A stretch of 64,000 nt of DNA from Adineta vaga (lineage: Eukaryota; Animalia; Rotifera). The position numbers and the translations under genes were made by a program. Shown one piece after another: positions 40,201-54,223 of this stretch (position 1 is the first letter of the stretch; each line of letters begins with the position of its first letter). Under the pieces are notes generated by a model that worked only from the letters and a program-made list of their open reading frames with translations, did no database searches and had not been told where the DNA came from. The DNA is taken from the NCBI GenBank assembly GCA_021613535.1, contig CP075495.1, positions 9,672,001 through 9,736,000 of the forward strand, written 5' to 3'.

Positions 40201-43200
40201 ACTGTTATGAATTCATTAGAAAATTCTCCTAGTCAAATGCATCTATTAACAATTCTATATCGTTGTCAACATAATTATGAAATTGCAAATACAAATTTAC
40301 ATATCAATATTCTTGACGAAAGAAATCTATTGAATCAAACTAGAAAATCATTTCAATTTGTTCAAGAACATTATTTAATTATCTTTGAAACTTCACTAAT
40401 ACAAAATCGACGAAAATATTTAATCGATCTGGAATTGATGAGTAATGAAAATGAAGACGAAAGAAAGCGAATTCAATCTAATGCACAAATTCTTCAAGGT
40501 AAACTTCATTATTCATTGTAGAAAAGAAAACAAATCTACTATCTTTTTTTTCCCTGCGATATTTAGGTGATCCATTAGGTCTATTCTCGATTGATCCTTC
40601 CAATCAATCTCTTTATCTTATTGATGAATCACTTGCACGTTCATATATCTATCCTTTAAATTTAACTATTATGGATACATCACAAATTGAACCAATAACT
40701 ACTATCGTCACATTATTTATATCCAATATTGGCATTCATTTTCCATGTCCATCATATTTGAAAACATCTCCATATCTTTTTACATATCAATCTTTACCGA
40801 CGACAAGTATTGATTCTCTCACTGGTCAACAGTATAAACCATACAATTCTTTAACTATTCGCGCTTTTGATCCATTTACACCTTTGAATGGTGAAGCATC
40901 GAATCTTGCTGAATGTAGTATCACTTCGAAATTGAATGAATTTTCTCTTCATTCTATTGAAAATTTGGATTTTATTTTCACGAATGAAATCTATTCTGGT
41001 TATATAAATCAATCATTTGGTTCATCAGCATTTATTTACAACAATCAACAAGAACCATTACATATTCAACTAAGAAATCCTTCAAAAAATTCATTTGATA
41101 TAACTTATCATTTATTGAATCAAACACATACAAATTTCTTTCAACTTGATGAATATGCTGGTTTAATCAAATATGATTCATTTGGAAGTTTATTTAATAA
41201 ATATTCTTTTCTTATCTATGCAAAATTTCGATCTTTCATTACATTTACACGTTTAAATTTGATAATTAATCATGATAATCTTCCCTCAAAGAAAACATTA
41301 CAATCCATTTATGAATTTAAATTATTTACACCATTTGTTGAGAATTCAACAATTGCATATTTGAATCAAACAAGTGAAAATTGGACGATTTTAAATGAAC
41401 AAATTCTACCAATGATATCCATTGATCAAACAGGAAGACTATTTATTAAAAATCGAACATTAATTTTAACAAATGGTAATTTCTATGATTTTCTTATTCA
41501 AGATACGAACTTAAAAATCATTCGTATACAACTAATTATTGTTACTGAAGTTAATCAAATATCTGAATGTATATTAAATCGTTTAAATTATACAAATGAT
41601 AAACAATACATTGGATTTATTGAAATTTCAAATCCTCATGAAACAGAAACGATATGTGTTCAAACAATAAAACAATCGTTTGAATTATTAAATTATAATG
41701 ATCGATTTTTACTTGATCGTCAACAGGGATTATTGCTTTATAAGAATATCAATGAAACTATTCATGAAGATCTATTATTATTAATTCAATTGGAACATTC
41801 AAAATGTTTAGTAACAATAGAAAATTCAATAGAGAAAACATCTTATTTAATGATTCGTAATGAAAGTCAATTATATATCGATTTGAAAGAGAAATATCAT
41901 ATTGAACAGGTAAAACATTTCATTTGTGCTAAAAGGAAAAGATCTGAACGATAATTTTGTTTTTCATTTAGAATTCTGGTCATATAAAGCTACAAAATAA
42001 TACCCTACTTCATTATGATATAGTTTCATCTCAATCACCCAGATTTCTGCAACAATTCTATGAATTTTTTGTGAATATTTCTGATTTAACTAATCAATCG
42101 ATCTTTATCGGTCAAATAACTGCAGAACCTTATAGTATCAATCGTAGTCAACTTGTTTATGAATTTGTTCAATCTCATAAATATTATCTTCTCAATCCGG
42201 ATACTGGTATTCTGGAATATATTTCCAATGAATTCTATAATAAAACTTTGGAACACATTCAAATCATCGTTCGTGATTTAATCTATCAACAAAATACGAC
42301 CATTAATATCACAATTCATATAAACAATTCGAATTCTATGCCATTTTCATCTCTAATCTATCAGAAAACGATTTCTGAAATTCTCCCACCAGGATCGATT
42401 ATTTTCCAAACAAATTCTTCTATCTTAGAAGATTATAATCCAAATGTTTTCAAATTGAATTCCACATCTGGAGAAATTCTACTTCTAAATTATTTAACTG
42501 AACAATTTTATTCCTTAAAATTTCGTTCATTTCAACAAACATCGATTCTGAAATTGACTATCAATGATTACAATAATCATCCACCAAATTTTATCAATCC
42601 ACCATTAAATCTATCACTTTCTTCTTCCGATACATTCCTTACAAAATTCTCTGCAAATGATTTAGATTTCAATGATAATCTTCATTTAAAATATTATCTT
42701 CTCAATTCTGAATATCATCCATTCTTTTCCATCAATCAAACCAATGGAATTCTTACAAGAACGAAACAAGCTTTAGAGAAAAATCTTTATCAATTAAATA
42801 TTGGTGTTAGTGATGGTTTATATCTAAGTAAAACTTATATTCAATTACAATTCTCGGATTATTCAGCCAATCGTCCAAAATTTTCATCGAATGAATATGT
42901 ATTTCCTTATGATTCAACAAAAGATATTCTTGGACAAATATCTGCCTATGATGCTGATCTTCATGATGAAATTACCTACGAACTTTATCTTCAACCAAAT
43001 GGTATTGAAATCAATAAACATTCAGGTTTAATTCAAATGAATAAAACTATTTTTACGAAATCGTTTATTGAATTTTACGCATCAGCAAAAGATCTTGCTA
43101 ATCAAATTGTTTATACAAGAATTCAATTAATTCATCCAGTTCAACCAAGATTTAATTCGGATTTATACTTTATTTCGTTAATTCCAACACAAGTGAAGAT

Positions 43201-46200
43201 TCCAATGGAAATCTTTCGATTTGATATTGTCGATTCATTTAATCAACCATTGAAATCTGCCAAATATCAATTAAAAAATCAAACCAATCTATTTGAAATT
43301 CAAGAAAATAAATTAATTTTAAAAGAAAATCTCGTTCCAACAGATCAATATTCGTTAACTATCAATGCTTATTGGAAGAATTTTATCATTCAAACATCAA
43401 TACAAATAAATTTCGTAGAGAAAATCTTTCATTTAGAAAACAAATCTTATGAATTTCGATTGGAAAAATCTATCTTAAAAGAAAATGATTCGATTGAAAA
43501 ATTTCAAATTAAGAATTTAACATTAAGAATTCTTCCAACTTCATTAACACAAAATAATTGTCATGAAAATTTCTATATCAAATTCAATGAACTTTTCTTT
43601 AAACGTTTTCCCATTTTATCAGATTTATGTTTTTTTGAATTGCATTTAACTGATCATATTAGTACTTCATCAAGTCAAGTCAAAATTCTCTTTACAAATT
43701 CAACTAATCAACCACAATTCTCCTCGTCAATCTATCATTTTTATGTTTACAATCACAATAGCACTGATCAATTTCGAGTATTTGCACAAAGTTTAAATTC
43801 AATTCAATATAAATTACAAAATAATCCTTATGGTTTAATGATTAATCAAACAAATGGTATTCTTCAATTTATGTATCAATCAAAATTAATTGAAAATATC
43901 AGCCGAATACACTTGAATATCTATGCAATTGATGAAACAACCAATGTAAATAGTACAGCCATAATTGAAATTTCATTCAATGAACGAAAACAATTCGATA
44001 TGCCAAAAAATCATTCTCAAATAGACATCTGTCCCAATTTACCAATTGTACTTTCTGATCGAAGTTTACCGGGTAAGTTGAAGACAAATTACCTCAATCT
44101 CTAAACTCTCATCCACACTTCTGAGTCACGTTGATAAGAAATCTCTTTCTATTGTTATTTTTAGGTACTGTCATTCAAGATATTAGTTTGAAGAATAATA
44201 TTTCGAATAATTATTATATTCTTTCGGGAGATGACTATGGTCTATTTGCGATTAATAATCTTGGTCAACTTTATTTAACTTCATCAATACTTAATCAAAC
44301 ATTAAATGAATATTTTGAATTGATGATTTTTATGTCATCATCATTGATTTATTGTCATACAAATATATCGATTATACGAACACCCAAATGGTCATATTTT
44401 ATATGTCCAGCGGTAAATCATCATCATCATCTTTTGTTTTTCATCTTTGTTAGAAAACTTTGATTTTTCTTCAGATTCCAATTCGATGGATGATCAAAGA
44501 AGAATCTCCGATTGGTACAATTCTTGGTACAGTAAAAGATACATTGTTATCAATCAATAATTCATCAAAATTAATCGATCAATTACAATTTAAATTAACT
44601 ACAATGAATAATCCTGATGCACAATCATTTCTACTCAATTCTCAAATAGGTTCGATGAAAATTGATTCATTAATTTCTTTAAAAGTTTTTTCATTGAAAT
44701 TTAGGTTTAATCACATCGAATTCACGACTTGATTATGAACAAAAAACTTTCTATTCATTTTCTATTCAACTACAACCAAATGAATTAAATTGTTCCATTT
44801 CAATCGTCATCAAACTGATTAATATCAATGATAATCCAATTGTTTTCGATCGAAATTCTTTAGTTTATAATATTACTGAAAATAATCTTATACCATTCTA
44901 TGTTGGTCGTCTCAATTTAATTGATATCGATCGATTATTTCAATCGAATTATGAATTTTATCTTCAAAATTCTTCATCACATATCTTCATTGATCAAACA
45001 ACTGGCTCGATTCTTCTCTATGAAAAACTCAATCGAGAATATCATGGTTCACAAATAATTTATCAAGTCAAGGCAATTGATACTAACAATCGAGAGAATG
45101 CTTTGTCGGAAAAACTCATCCTCAATATCATTGATATAAATGATCATGGACCGAAATTTGAGAAAAATTTCTATTCGATTAATATAAGTAAAACAATTCG
45201 ACCAAATACGAATATATTTCAAGTCAATGCTACAAGTGAAGATTCTGTTATGAATGGAAAATTTCAATATTCTTTAAAAAACGCATCGAATTATTTTCAA
45301 ATTGATGAACATACAGGAATGATACGTTTGAAAACATCTCTTCCATCGATGTTGATGAATTTAACTGTACATGTTGAAGTCTTTGAAGACGAAATTAATT
45401 TAACCGATTCTACAAATGTATTCATATCAATTATTAATGATGATAATATTTATTTTAATTTCGAAAATCAAGATAAATGTTTTCTTGATGAAAATCAAAA
45501 TATTGGAACGATTATTTGTACGATTGGAAGAAATTCTGATGAATTTCTTTATGAATTAATCGATACAACAAATGCTTTTCAAATTATGAAATTCAATGGA
45601 ACAATTCTTAGCAAGAAAATATTTGATTATGAAACTGATCCTCATCAATATAATGTCACAGTAATTGTTAAAGATCGAGAAAATCAAGTAGGAAGAAGTT
45701 TTTACTTAGCGAAAGATAATGAATATACTTTCGTTTTCTTTAGACTGTTCCATTATCTTCATTTAATCTAACAATTTCTATTCGTAATATTAATGATAAT
45801 CATCCTGAATTTGTAACAAAGAATATGACAACACTTGTTTATCTATATCATCCATCGATCAATACAATTATTCATAAAATTGAAGTATTTGATAGAGATC
45901 AATTGAATTTAACATTTCAAATTCTTAATGATACATTTTCATCATATAAACTTTTTTCATATGAAAATACAACAGAATTGATTCTTAGTGAACCAATTCT
46001 TTTTGATCATGAAGATTATCTTATTATTCGTGTTTGGGATAATCAAACATTATCATCATCATATAATCTTGATCTTCATTTAAATATAATCTATCTTCAA
46101 CGTGATGTATCTCTTCCATCAATACTTCCACATACAATCGATGGTTATATTAATCTTGAAGAAAAATATTCACAAATTAATTTTGGTGAAATATTTCTTC

Positions 46201-49200
46201 AAAATCAAACGAATTATCAATTTATTTCATATAATTTACTTTCAAATCAATATTTTTCTTTAAAACAACTATCAAATAATCAAACAGACTTATATTTTAA
46301 TTCCTTTCAACAACAACAATATCTTCATCAACAAAAACATCAACGTTTATTACAATATCAAATTGAATTAACAACTTTTGCTATTAATCAATCAATGCCT
46401 GATATAAATTTTTCTAATCAGACAATTTTCTATCTTCCAACAAATATCAAATCTCAATTGAAATCTCATTTGATCGATATACATCTATGGTTAATTGATC
46501 GTGAAATGTTAGATCGAACGATATCAATTGTTATTAATATAAATCCTCAAACAATTTATGAACAATTTATTATTCATAGTTTACCATTAATACGTGAACA
46601 TCTTGCTGCAATCGTTGGTGTTCATATGCGTCATGTACATTTATATTCATTCGATATGAAAACTCCCTATCAAATTGAATTACTTGTTGCTATTATTCGT
46701 TATCCATCACGTTTACGACCACCACGTTATATTCATAAGAAATTACTTTATAATGTTTTAAAAAATTCAAGTGAAATTTTCGAAAAAATTCCTCATATTA
46801 AATCAATTGAAAAGATTTCGATTAATCAATGTCATACGAAATCATGTGAAAATAATGGTCGTTGTACAAGTCAAATTAAATTATATCAAAATCAATATGA
46901 TTATTTCTATTATAATACATATCAACGTTTAATACCAAAATATCAATGGAATATCAAATGTCTTTGTTTAAATCATTTCTATGGACAACATTGTCAATTT
47001 AAACAAGATTATCAATCACCATGTTCATCCAATCCATGTTCATCATTAGAAAGATGTATTGAAGAAAGTTCAACATTATATACATGTCAATGTATTGATG
47101 AACCATGTAATCAAAATGAAATTCTTTCTGAAACAACATTAGATTGTATTAATATTAATTCACCATCATGTCGAGATTCATCGAATACTTTAACATTTGA
47201 TGGTTATAGTTTTGTTCGAATGAATTCATCATTAAATTTCACTCAACATACAAACTTTACATTTACATTTCGAACGCAAGTTGGTCAAGGCAAATTACTT
47301 AAATTGATATTTTTCGATGAGAAAAAGAAACAACAGATATTGATTATTCAAATAACTGATAATCTTGTAAATCTCGAATTAAATAAGAAAATTCTTTTTC
47401 GAATCGATGAAATAACTATTAATGATGGTCTATGGCATCATATCTACTTTTCTATTGATTATACATTAACAAATCAAAATTCCTACTATCTTCTTCGTCT
47501 TGATCATGTTTTTAGTAATAGAATTCAATTCTATCAACCATTTTCAATCAAACAATTAAAACAAATTTTCATTGGAAATGATTTTCATGGTTGTTTTGGA
47601 AATTTAACAATCAACAATCAAACAATTCTTATACAAAAACAAGAAAAAAATACTTCAATTGAACATATCGGTACAAATAATGGTTGTCAATTAGCAGAAA
47701 TTGAATCACGTACATTACGACAATATACGGATAAAGATGATCTTTGTTCTTTATATCATCCATGTTATCATGGTGGTATATGTGTAAGTCAAACAACAAA
47801 ATATGGTTTAAGTTTTACATGTAATTGTTTAAAACCACGTTTTACTGGTCGACAATGTCAACGTGATTTACAACCATGTGAAAGTCATCCATGTTTATTT
47901 AATGAACAATGTATACCATCGAATCATATGAATATATCTTATACATGTATATCATCATTAGGAAACCTACCTATGTCAACAAAGAATCTTTTATATATTG
48001 GTTTAGCAGTAACGTTCTGTACATTTATATTATTTATCCTATTGTTTTTATCATTGATTATCTATTGTCAACAACAACGAAAGGAGAAGAAACGAAAATT
48101 GAATATTCAACATGATAAACCATTAGTGTCCGCACCATTATTAATTCCAAAATCTTCACCAACATCAACACCAGCAAATCCAATTGAAAGTCCAATGCAA
48201 ACGTTATTGAAACGAAGTCCAAATGGTAAACAAATTATTGAAACAATGGCATTAATTGATAATAACGTTGAACATACGACATTGAATAATTTTAATGATA
48301 AGGTATGTTGATTGTTTCCATTCTGAGATAAGCGAATTCATACAATGTGATGTTAAAGAAGTAGATGTATAGAATTCTAATGAAATCTTGTTTGTTTGTT
48401 TTTTTAGCAAACTAATCCTCCAAATAATAAATCATCTCTCTCGATTGATAAACATCAATATGAATCTCATGAATCATTAAATCGTCGTCGAGTAAGTTCG
48501 ATAAATTTCACAAAGAATTCAAGATTCTATACGAAACATATCATTTAGAGTGATCCAAAATATTATTCAACTATCGGAAAAATGAATATTCCACCAGATA
48601 ATTTTCTTAATCATTATAATAGTATTGATTATGGTTTGTTATAATTTTATTCTATGATTTCAAATTGTATATCTCTCTCTCTCTGTGTCTTTTAGATACA
48701 ACACGTATTCCACTTGTTGATCCACATTCACCAGATCTATTTGACTGTAAGTAGATTTCATAATTTATTTTATAATATAACTGATTTTTTTCTCTCTCGT
48801 TCTATTCAGTTCCATCATCACCAACAAGTAAGTTCTTTATTTTTCCTGAAATTCTTTTGTTTTACCTATATATATATTTACTTTCGTAGAATATTTCAAT
48901 GGTCATGATGATAATCATTCCAATAATTATCAAATACGTATTAATTCTCTATCGAATCTAGCAGAAAAACTTGTGGAACAAAATGATATTGAATTAACTC
49001 ATTCATCGAATGATTCATCAAATAATGAACAAACTTTATTAACATCACCTATCTCTAATGGAGAACGTAAACGTTCTCTATTCAATGGTGGTAGTTCACA
49101 TAGTGTACGTGCATCGAATTCATCCTTACAAAAAGCTCCAGTTTATGCAAAAGTTATTAAAAGTAAAGAATTTCACAAAAGAAATTGGAAAAAATCCATT

Positions 49201-49691
49201 GATTTGCTTTTGTTTATTTAGCAACATCAAAAGTTTCCAATAGTGGTATGAGTACAATTGAACGTCTTCGTTTAAGTGGTTCACCACTTCGTCTTCTGTC
49301 TTCATCTCCAACCTATATGCGTACAACTTCATTTTTTAAGGGTAATTCAAATCATGAAAATGATAAATACCAAATACCATCAACATCATCAACAACAACA
49401 ACAACAACTGCAAGTAAAATATCAAAAATCAATCCCACATCATGGAAATTAAATCCAAGAAAATTAGATAGTTTAAAAATAAGACGTAATAGTCGTTATA
49501 CAGATGATGATGATGACGATGATAATAATAATACTAATACTAATCAGACCAATAATGAAACAAGTCAATTAACAATGAAGACAACAATAATCAATCGTTT
49601 ACGACATGCGAGCGAGTCTGATTTAACAAAAGAGCATGTTAATGGTAAAAAAATAACAAAATTATCATCATTTTTTCAAACAGAAGTGTAG
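34202..49691 (+). CDS. Giant Fat-like protocadherin (FAT1/2/3, Drosophila Fat2/Kug family): signal peptide, many cadherin repeats, EGF, LamG, EGF, TM, tail
   Basis: First repeat FTASNYEL..IGI..VSYHLI..GLFEVK..LADFYFLII..INREYQDVY resembles the FAT1/3 EC1. Motifs DVNDNIP, DTNDNIP, DYNNHPP, DINDHGP and IDREKQDRY. EGF-EGF-LamG (NDGLWHHI, FHGCF)-EGF-EGF, TM LLYIGLAVTFC..., and C-terminal QTEV, like FAT1 HTEV. Confidence 0.9.
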
Positions 49692-50340
49692 TATTCAGAT
49701 GAAAGAGATACAGTGTGTGCCTTACTATTACTATTATTATTGTTGTTGTTGTTATTGTTGTTTCATGGTCTTGTTTTGTATCTGTAAATCTTATTTTCGA
49801 CCCGGTGCTATTTTTTTTCTGTTTATCTCTGTCTCTTTTTTGGCTAATCTATATGAAATATTGAATAAATAAATGTGCACGAATTTTCATATTCAGTTTA
49901 TTAAATCTGAAAACGTACATTAGAAATTGGGTACATTATGGACAGACAGTTTGCACTTTACCACACACTTATAAGTAAAAATGTTCATTTCGACATGTTC
50001 ATTTTATATAAACACTTACAAGATTACACCTTGAGTATAGGACAATTGATGTTGTCAGATACAGTGTTTTGAAAATATATCATAAATAAACATTGTCGAA
50101 GTTGTCTACAACTTGTCTGTCCACTTCACATAAACATTTAGTAAGCTTCATCTCCTATATACCAATAACAATGATCAATTAAAATAAAGTAACCATTTTT
50201 TTTCTGTAGAAGTGTAAGTTTGTTCATTATTATCATATTAACAAAGTGTTTTATACAAAATAAAAAAGTAAGAGAAACTAGTCAATCATACCTATTGAAT
50301 AGAAATAAAGACAAGTGTTTGTTGCTAAACATGATTGAGA

Positions 50341-51807
50341 TTATGTCAGACTGAGTAAAGGCACAAAATGATTAGGTTTCCATCCATTTTGACTTTCTTT
50401 GGAATAGATACCAGGTCGACCTGAACGTGAAAAAAGTAATTTGATCTCTATCGTTGCTGATGATGTTAATGGTTCTATTTTTTTCTCTTGGTCATCATTA
50501 TCATCAATCAATGCTATGAAAATAGCAGTGTTTATGTGTAGAAAATATGAATCTTTGTCACCATTCACTTTTGGATAAGCACACATAATACTAATATTCA
50601 ATACAGTTGGAATACTGAGAAGATCCCAAGCAGATACATGAGTTGAATCACGAACCATTTCTTTTGTTACATAATCTTCGAAATTTTCTAACAATGCTGA
50701 TAGATGTGCATATTGAGCTTGATAACCATTGATATTGAGAACAAGTTCAACAATATTTCGTGCTCGAAGTTCAACTGCTGTTAATGTCAATGAATGTGTT
50801 GCTGAACCAGCTTCAACTAATCGAAGAAATGAATTATAAAAACAGTTTCCATCTCCAACTACAACGAGTGGCATGGAACTTTTAAATTCTTGTGTACAAT
50901 GATTTTCTAGATAATATTCTGCGACAACATCACGTTTATGAATAGTTGGATCGAATCTTTGTACTGGATTATAAGAAAGTGGATAAGATCTTAAAATAGG
51001 TTTCAATGCTTTACATTCAAGTACAAGTTCGTTATAAGATTTTTCGGCAGCCATACGTAATCGTGCTAAGAATACATTGAATAATTCTGAACGTGCTAAT
51101 TCCGAACAATTTAAACATAAAAGTTGTCGATCAAAAGGTAACTGTTCATTTTTACAAAGTACACAATAACGACTTAATGCTGTTGATGTCAATGATCTGG
51201 TAGGAATTGATATTGAGCTTGTAGCATTTGCTTCACTATTGATTTGTTGAGCATAATTTGTCCATGCTGCTTCTTGTGGAGGAAAATGATTTGCTCCACA
51301 TGATATTGCTGGAAATGCAATTGAAGACAATTGATAGAGATTAGCTAGTATGAATGCTGTATTATAACATGATTGTAATAGAAAAGCAGCACGTTCTTTT
51401 TCTGCTTCAGTATAGAGTGGACCCACAGTATTGATCACAAATGGTACATCATTTTCTTCCGCTTTAAATTTTCCAATAAACATACGTGATTGTCCAACAG
51501 GACAGGAATTTTCTTGCATAGCCTTATGAATGGATACGACTTGATCCGTATAAAATTGACCCATCTTTTCATGAATTAGACGATCAACTCCTCCGTTTGG
51601 ATTCATATATTGATTCGTTGAATTTACAATTGCATCACATACTTCTTGACTTATATCACCGTGACGAATTAGTACAGCTAAAGAACCATTCTTCAATGTG
51701 AAACATGTGCTATTATTGTCAAGTTTTTTGATTTCACTGAATAGATCAATAACGATATCAAATATAATATGGATTCATTCTCAAATAGATACTTACATGC
51801 CGGACAT
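50341..51807 (-). CDS. Macrodomain + CxxC/CxxC zinc ribbon + OTU-like (A20/vertnin-type) cysteine protease fusion; 2 exons
   Basis: 11 nt first exon (ATG 51807). Macro motifs GDI, DAIVNSTN, GGVD..IH, VINTVGP and SIAFPAISCG; CVLC-x13-CLNC; OTU motifs GDGNCFYNS and WKPNHFVPLL. Confidence 0.85.
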
Positions 51808-52162
51808 ATTAATAAACGTAATATTTAATCAGAAATATTTCACAATTTTTTTTCCAACTTGATGCTATTCAAATAAATATAAAACCTTCACCATACTTGT
51901 TCTTTTACTTGAATGAAAAAAACGTAGATAAAGTTATTCTCGCTTGTTTTTTTTCTTCTTTTCCTTCTGTTAAAAACACAAACCACATGTTTTTATCGTG
52001 TTCTCATTTACGATAGAACAACCGACGACAAATAAGAAACATATGAATAAAAGTAAATCAAAGGAAATGAATTTATTGCTAGAATTCTACATAGACATAT
52101 AATAAACAGAAAGAAAACAGATTCTTATAGATGAGAGATGAGAATGAAAGAAAAATTATGTT

Positions 52163-53101
52163 TTAACATAGTGTGGCGACAGATTCATGTCGATATCGAC
52201 GAAATTCAAATTCAACATCAATACGATATACAGCAGTTAGAATACAACTAATAAAAACACAGCATGTACCAGCAACAAATGACCAAAAAGAATATCCATA
52301 TGCTGTAATTGTTTGTAAACGTTCAAAACCAAGAAATAATGCTAATGTAATCAATGCTAAAACAACTATTCGAAAAAAATCTCAATAAAAATATCTCCTT
52401 CTTCTTTTTCTTCGTTTGCTACATACCCGTGAGAATATTAGAAATTAATAAACATTCAATCATACATTTTGAAAATCGAATACTATCGAAAGATGCATTT
52501 GTATTTATTGTTTGTGTGAAAAGTAGAGCAATTATACCAACAAATATACAACCAAATGAAACTCCAATTAAAACTTTTTGATAATCTATAAAAGAGATCA
52601 TATGTATAAGAAGTATATCTAAAGTTCACTTCAATTCTTCTTTTACTGTCTCATATTCTATTGAAAATTGTTCTCTCTTATCGATTACTCGTGTTAAATA
52701 TCTTAAACCAACTTTCTCAATATCCGTGGATTGTCTTACATTTGTAAAGAATGAAATTTCTTCTATAAATATTTAAATGTTAATTTACCTAATAAATCAG
52801 GTCCACTGATCGATGAATTATGCCATTTCAACAATCGATTGAAGCATACATAAGCATCATCATAGAGAACATTGGTATAACGACTACTACTCGTTAAATT
52901 ATATATAGTAGCATATTGTTCGATATTATTTTGTTTATAAAGTCGTTGACACGATGTAATAATACCATTTGAACGTTCACCTATCATCGAATTTGTATTT
53001 TCATCAAGAAAAACAAGCCATCTTGATGTTGTTACACCCAAAATGAAAAGTGATATGGAAAGAAATAAAAGAATAAAATTGAAGAAGAGTAAGCAACTCA
53101 T
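52163..53101 (-). CDS. Claudin/PMP22-like tetraspan membrane protein, 3 exons
   Basis: TM1 MSCLLFFNFILLFLSISLFILGVTT followed by W, a degenerate GLW..C motif (GIITSC..C), three more hydrophobic helices and YGYSFW before TM4. Confidence 0.7.
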
Positions 53102-54223
53102 GACTTTTAACTGTGTTAATTTCCTTTTTGATTCCACAATTGTTCGTTTGCCGTTCTGTCTTTTCTATGTCTACTTGGCCGCCAGTTGGAGCCCGACAAG
53201 AAATATAAATGATTGTGATAAGAACGGACAAAGAGTTTATATATATATATATGTATATGTGCACACAAACACTGATGAACGTTGTGTATAGTCGAAGTAT
53301 GTGTAATTCAAAACTCTTCTCTTTTTCTTCTTTTGTGCCTGATAAAGACACATATACTATACAAGAAGAAAAAAATTCTTTCCTCCTTCTTCTCTCAGAT
53401 TTTTTTGTACTCTCAATCGTTCTTTTCGAGTAAGTATTGTATTTGTAGGTATGATCGTGAGAAGCAAATATGAATAAGAAGAAAATGATAGACAAACGAC
53501 GAAGAAAAATTCTACCTAGGATTGATGAAGACTTACATAATGATTGTGTATTTGATGGAATTTGAAGAATATATATATCCGATTATATATATCTTCTATT
53601 TTCATGGAGATGATTGTTCATTCACTTAGTTCGATGCACTTTTATATTAAGATCAAAGACAGAGAAGAACATGTACGAACATGTTCAAGTGGAATAGTGT
53701 CTGAAGTGGAATGAATGAATAATTACAAGTCATCATCTGCTTGTGACAATGTATATAATAATCGAAAGAACAGAATTTTAACGAACTGTAATCTTTTGAA
53801 ACCTATCGAAATAATCTCTTGTAGAGTTCATTGAAATATTTTTACAATTCAAAGTGATAAATCTCTCGTTGTAGTTTTTATCATTGTTGTATAATTATAT
53901 CTTTTATTACTACTTAAAAGATCAAAAAGATTGAATGCTTAGAACTAATGACTAAATAGTCTATAAGAATTGCTAACACAATCATCAATCATTGAAAAAA
54001 ATGTTCATTTCTCTTTTTGTTATAATCAACATTATTATGTGACTGTGACAGGTAAATGATTCTACAAGTGCACAGATTTCTTTCAATAGAATCGATTCTC
54101 TTTTTTTTTTCTTGATTCAAGGAATATATCAATCTGAACATGAAATATTCATCAAGTTTATTTTCTCTTATAAATGTTTTGATCATATTTACATAAAAAC
54201 AAACAAAAAGTAAAGAAGGATGA

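Noticed and set aside
34202-49691. Many separate cadherin ORFs as a protocadherin-like gene array
   Set aside because: Only one signal peptide and one TM; ORF ends coincide with GT-AG introns, so this is one multi-exon gene.
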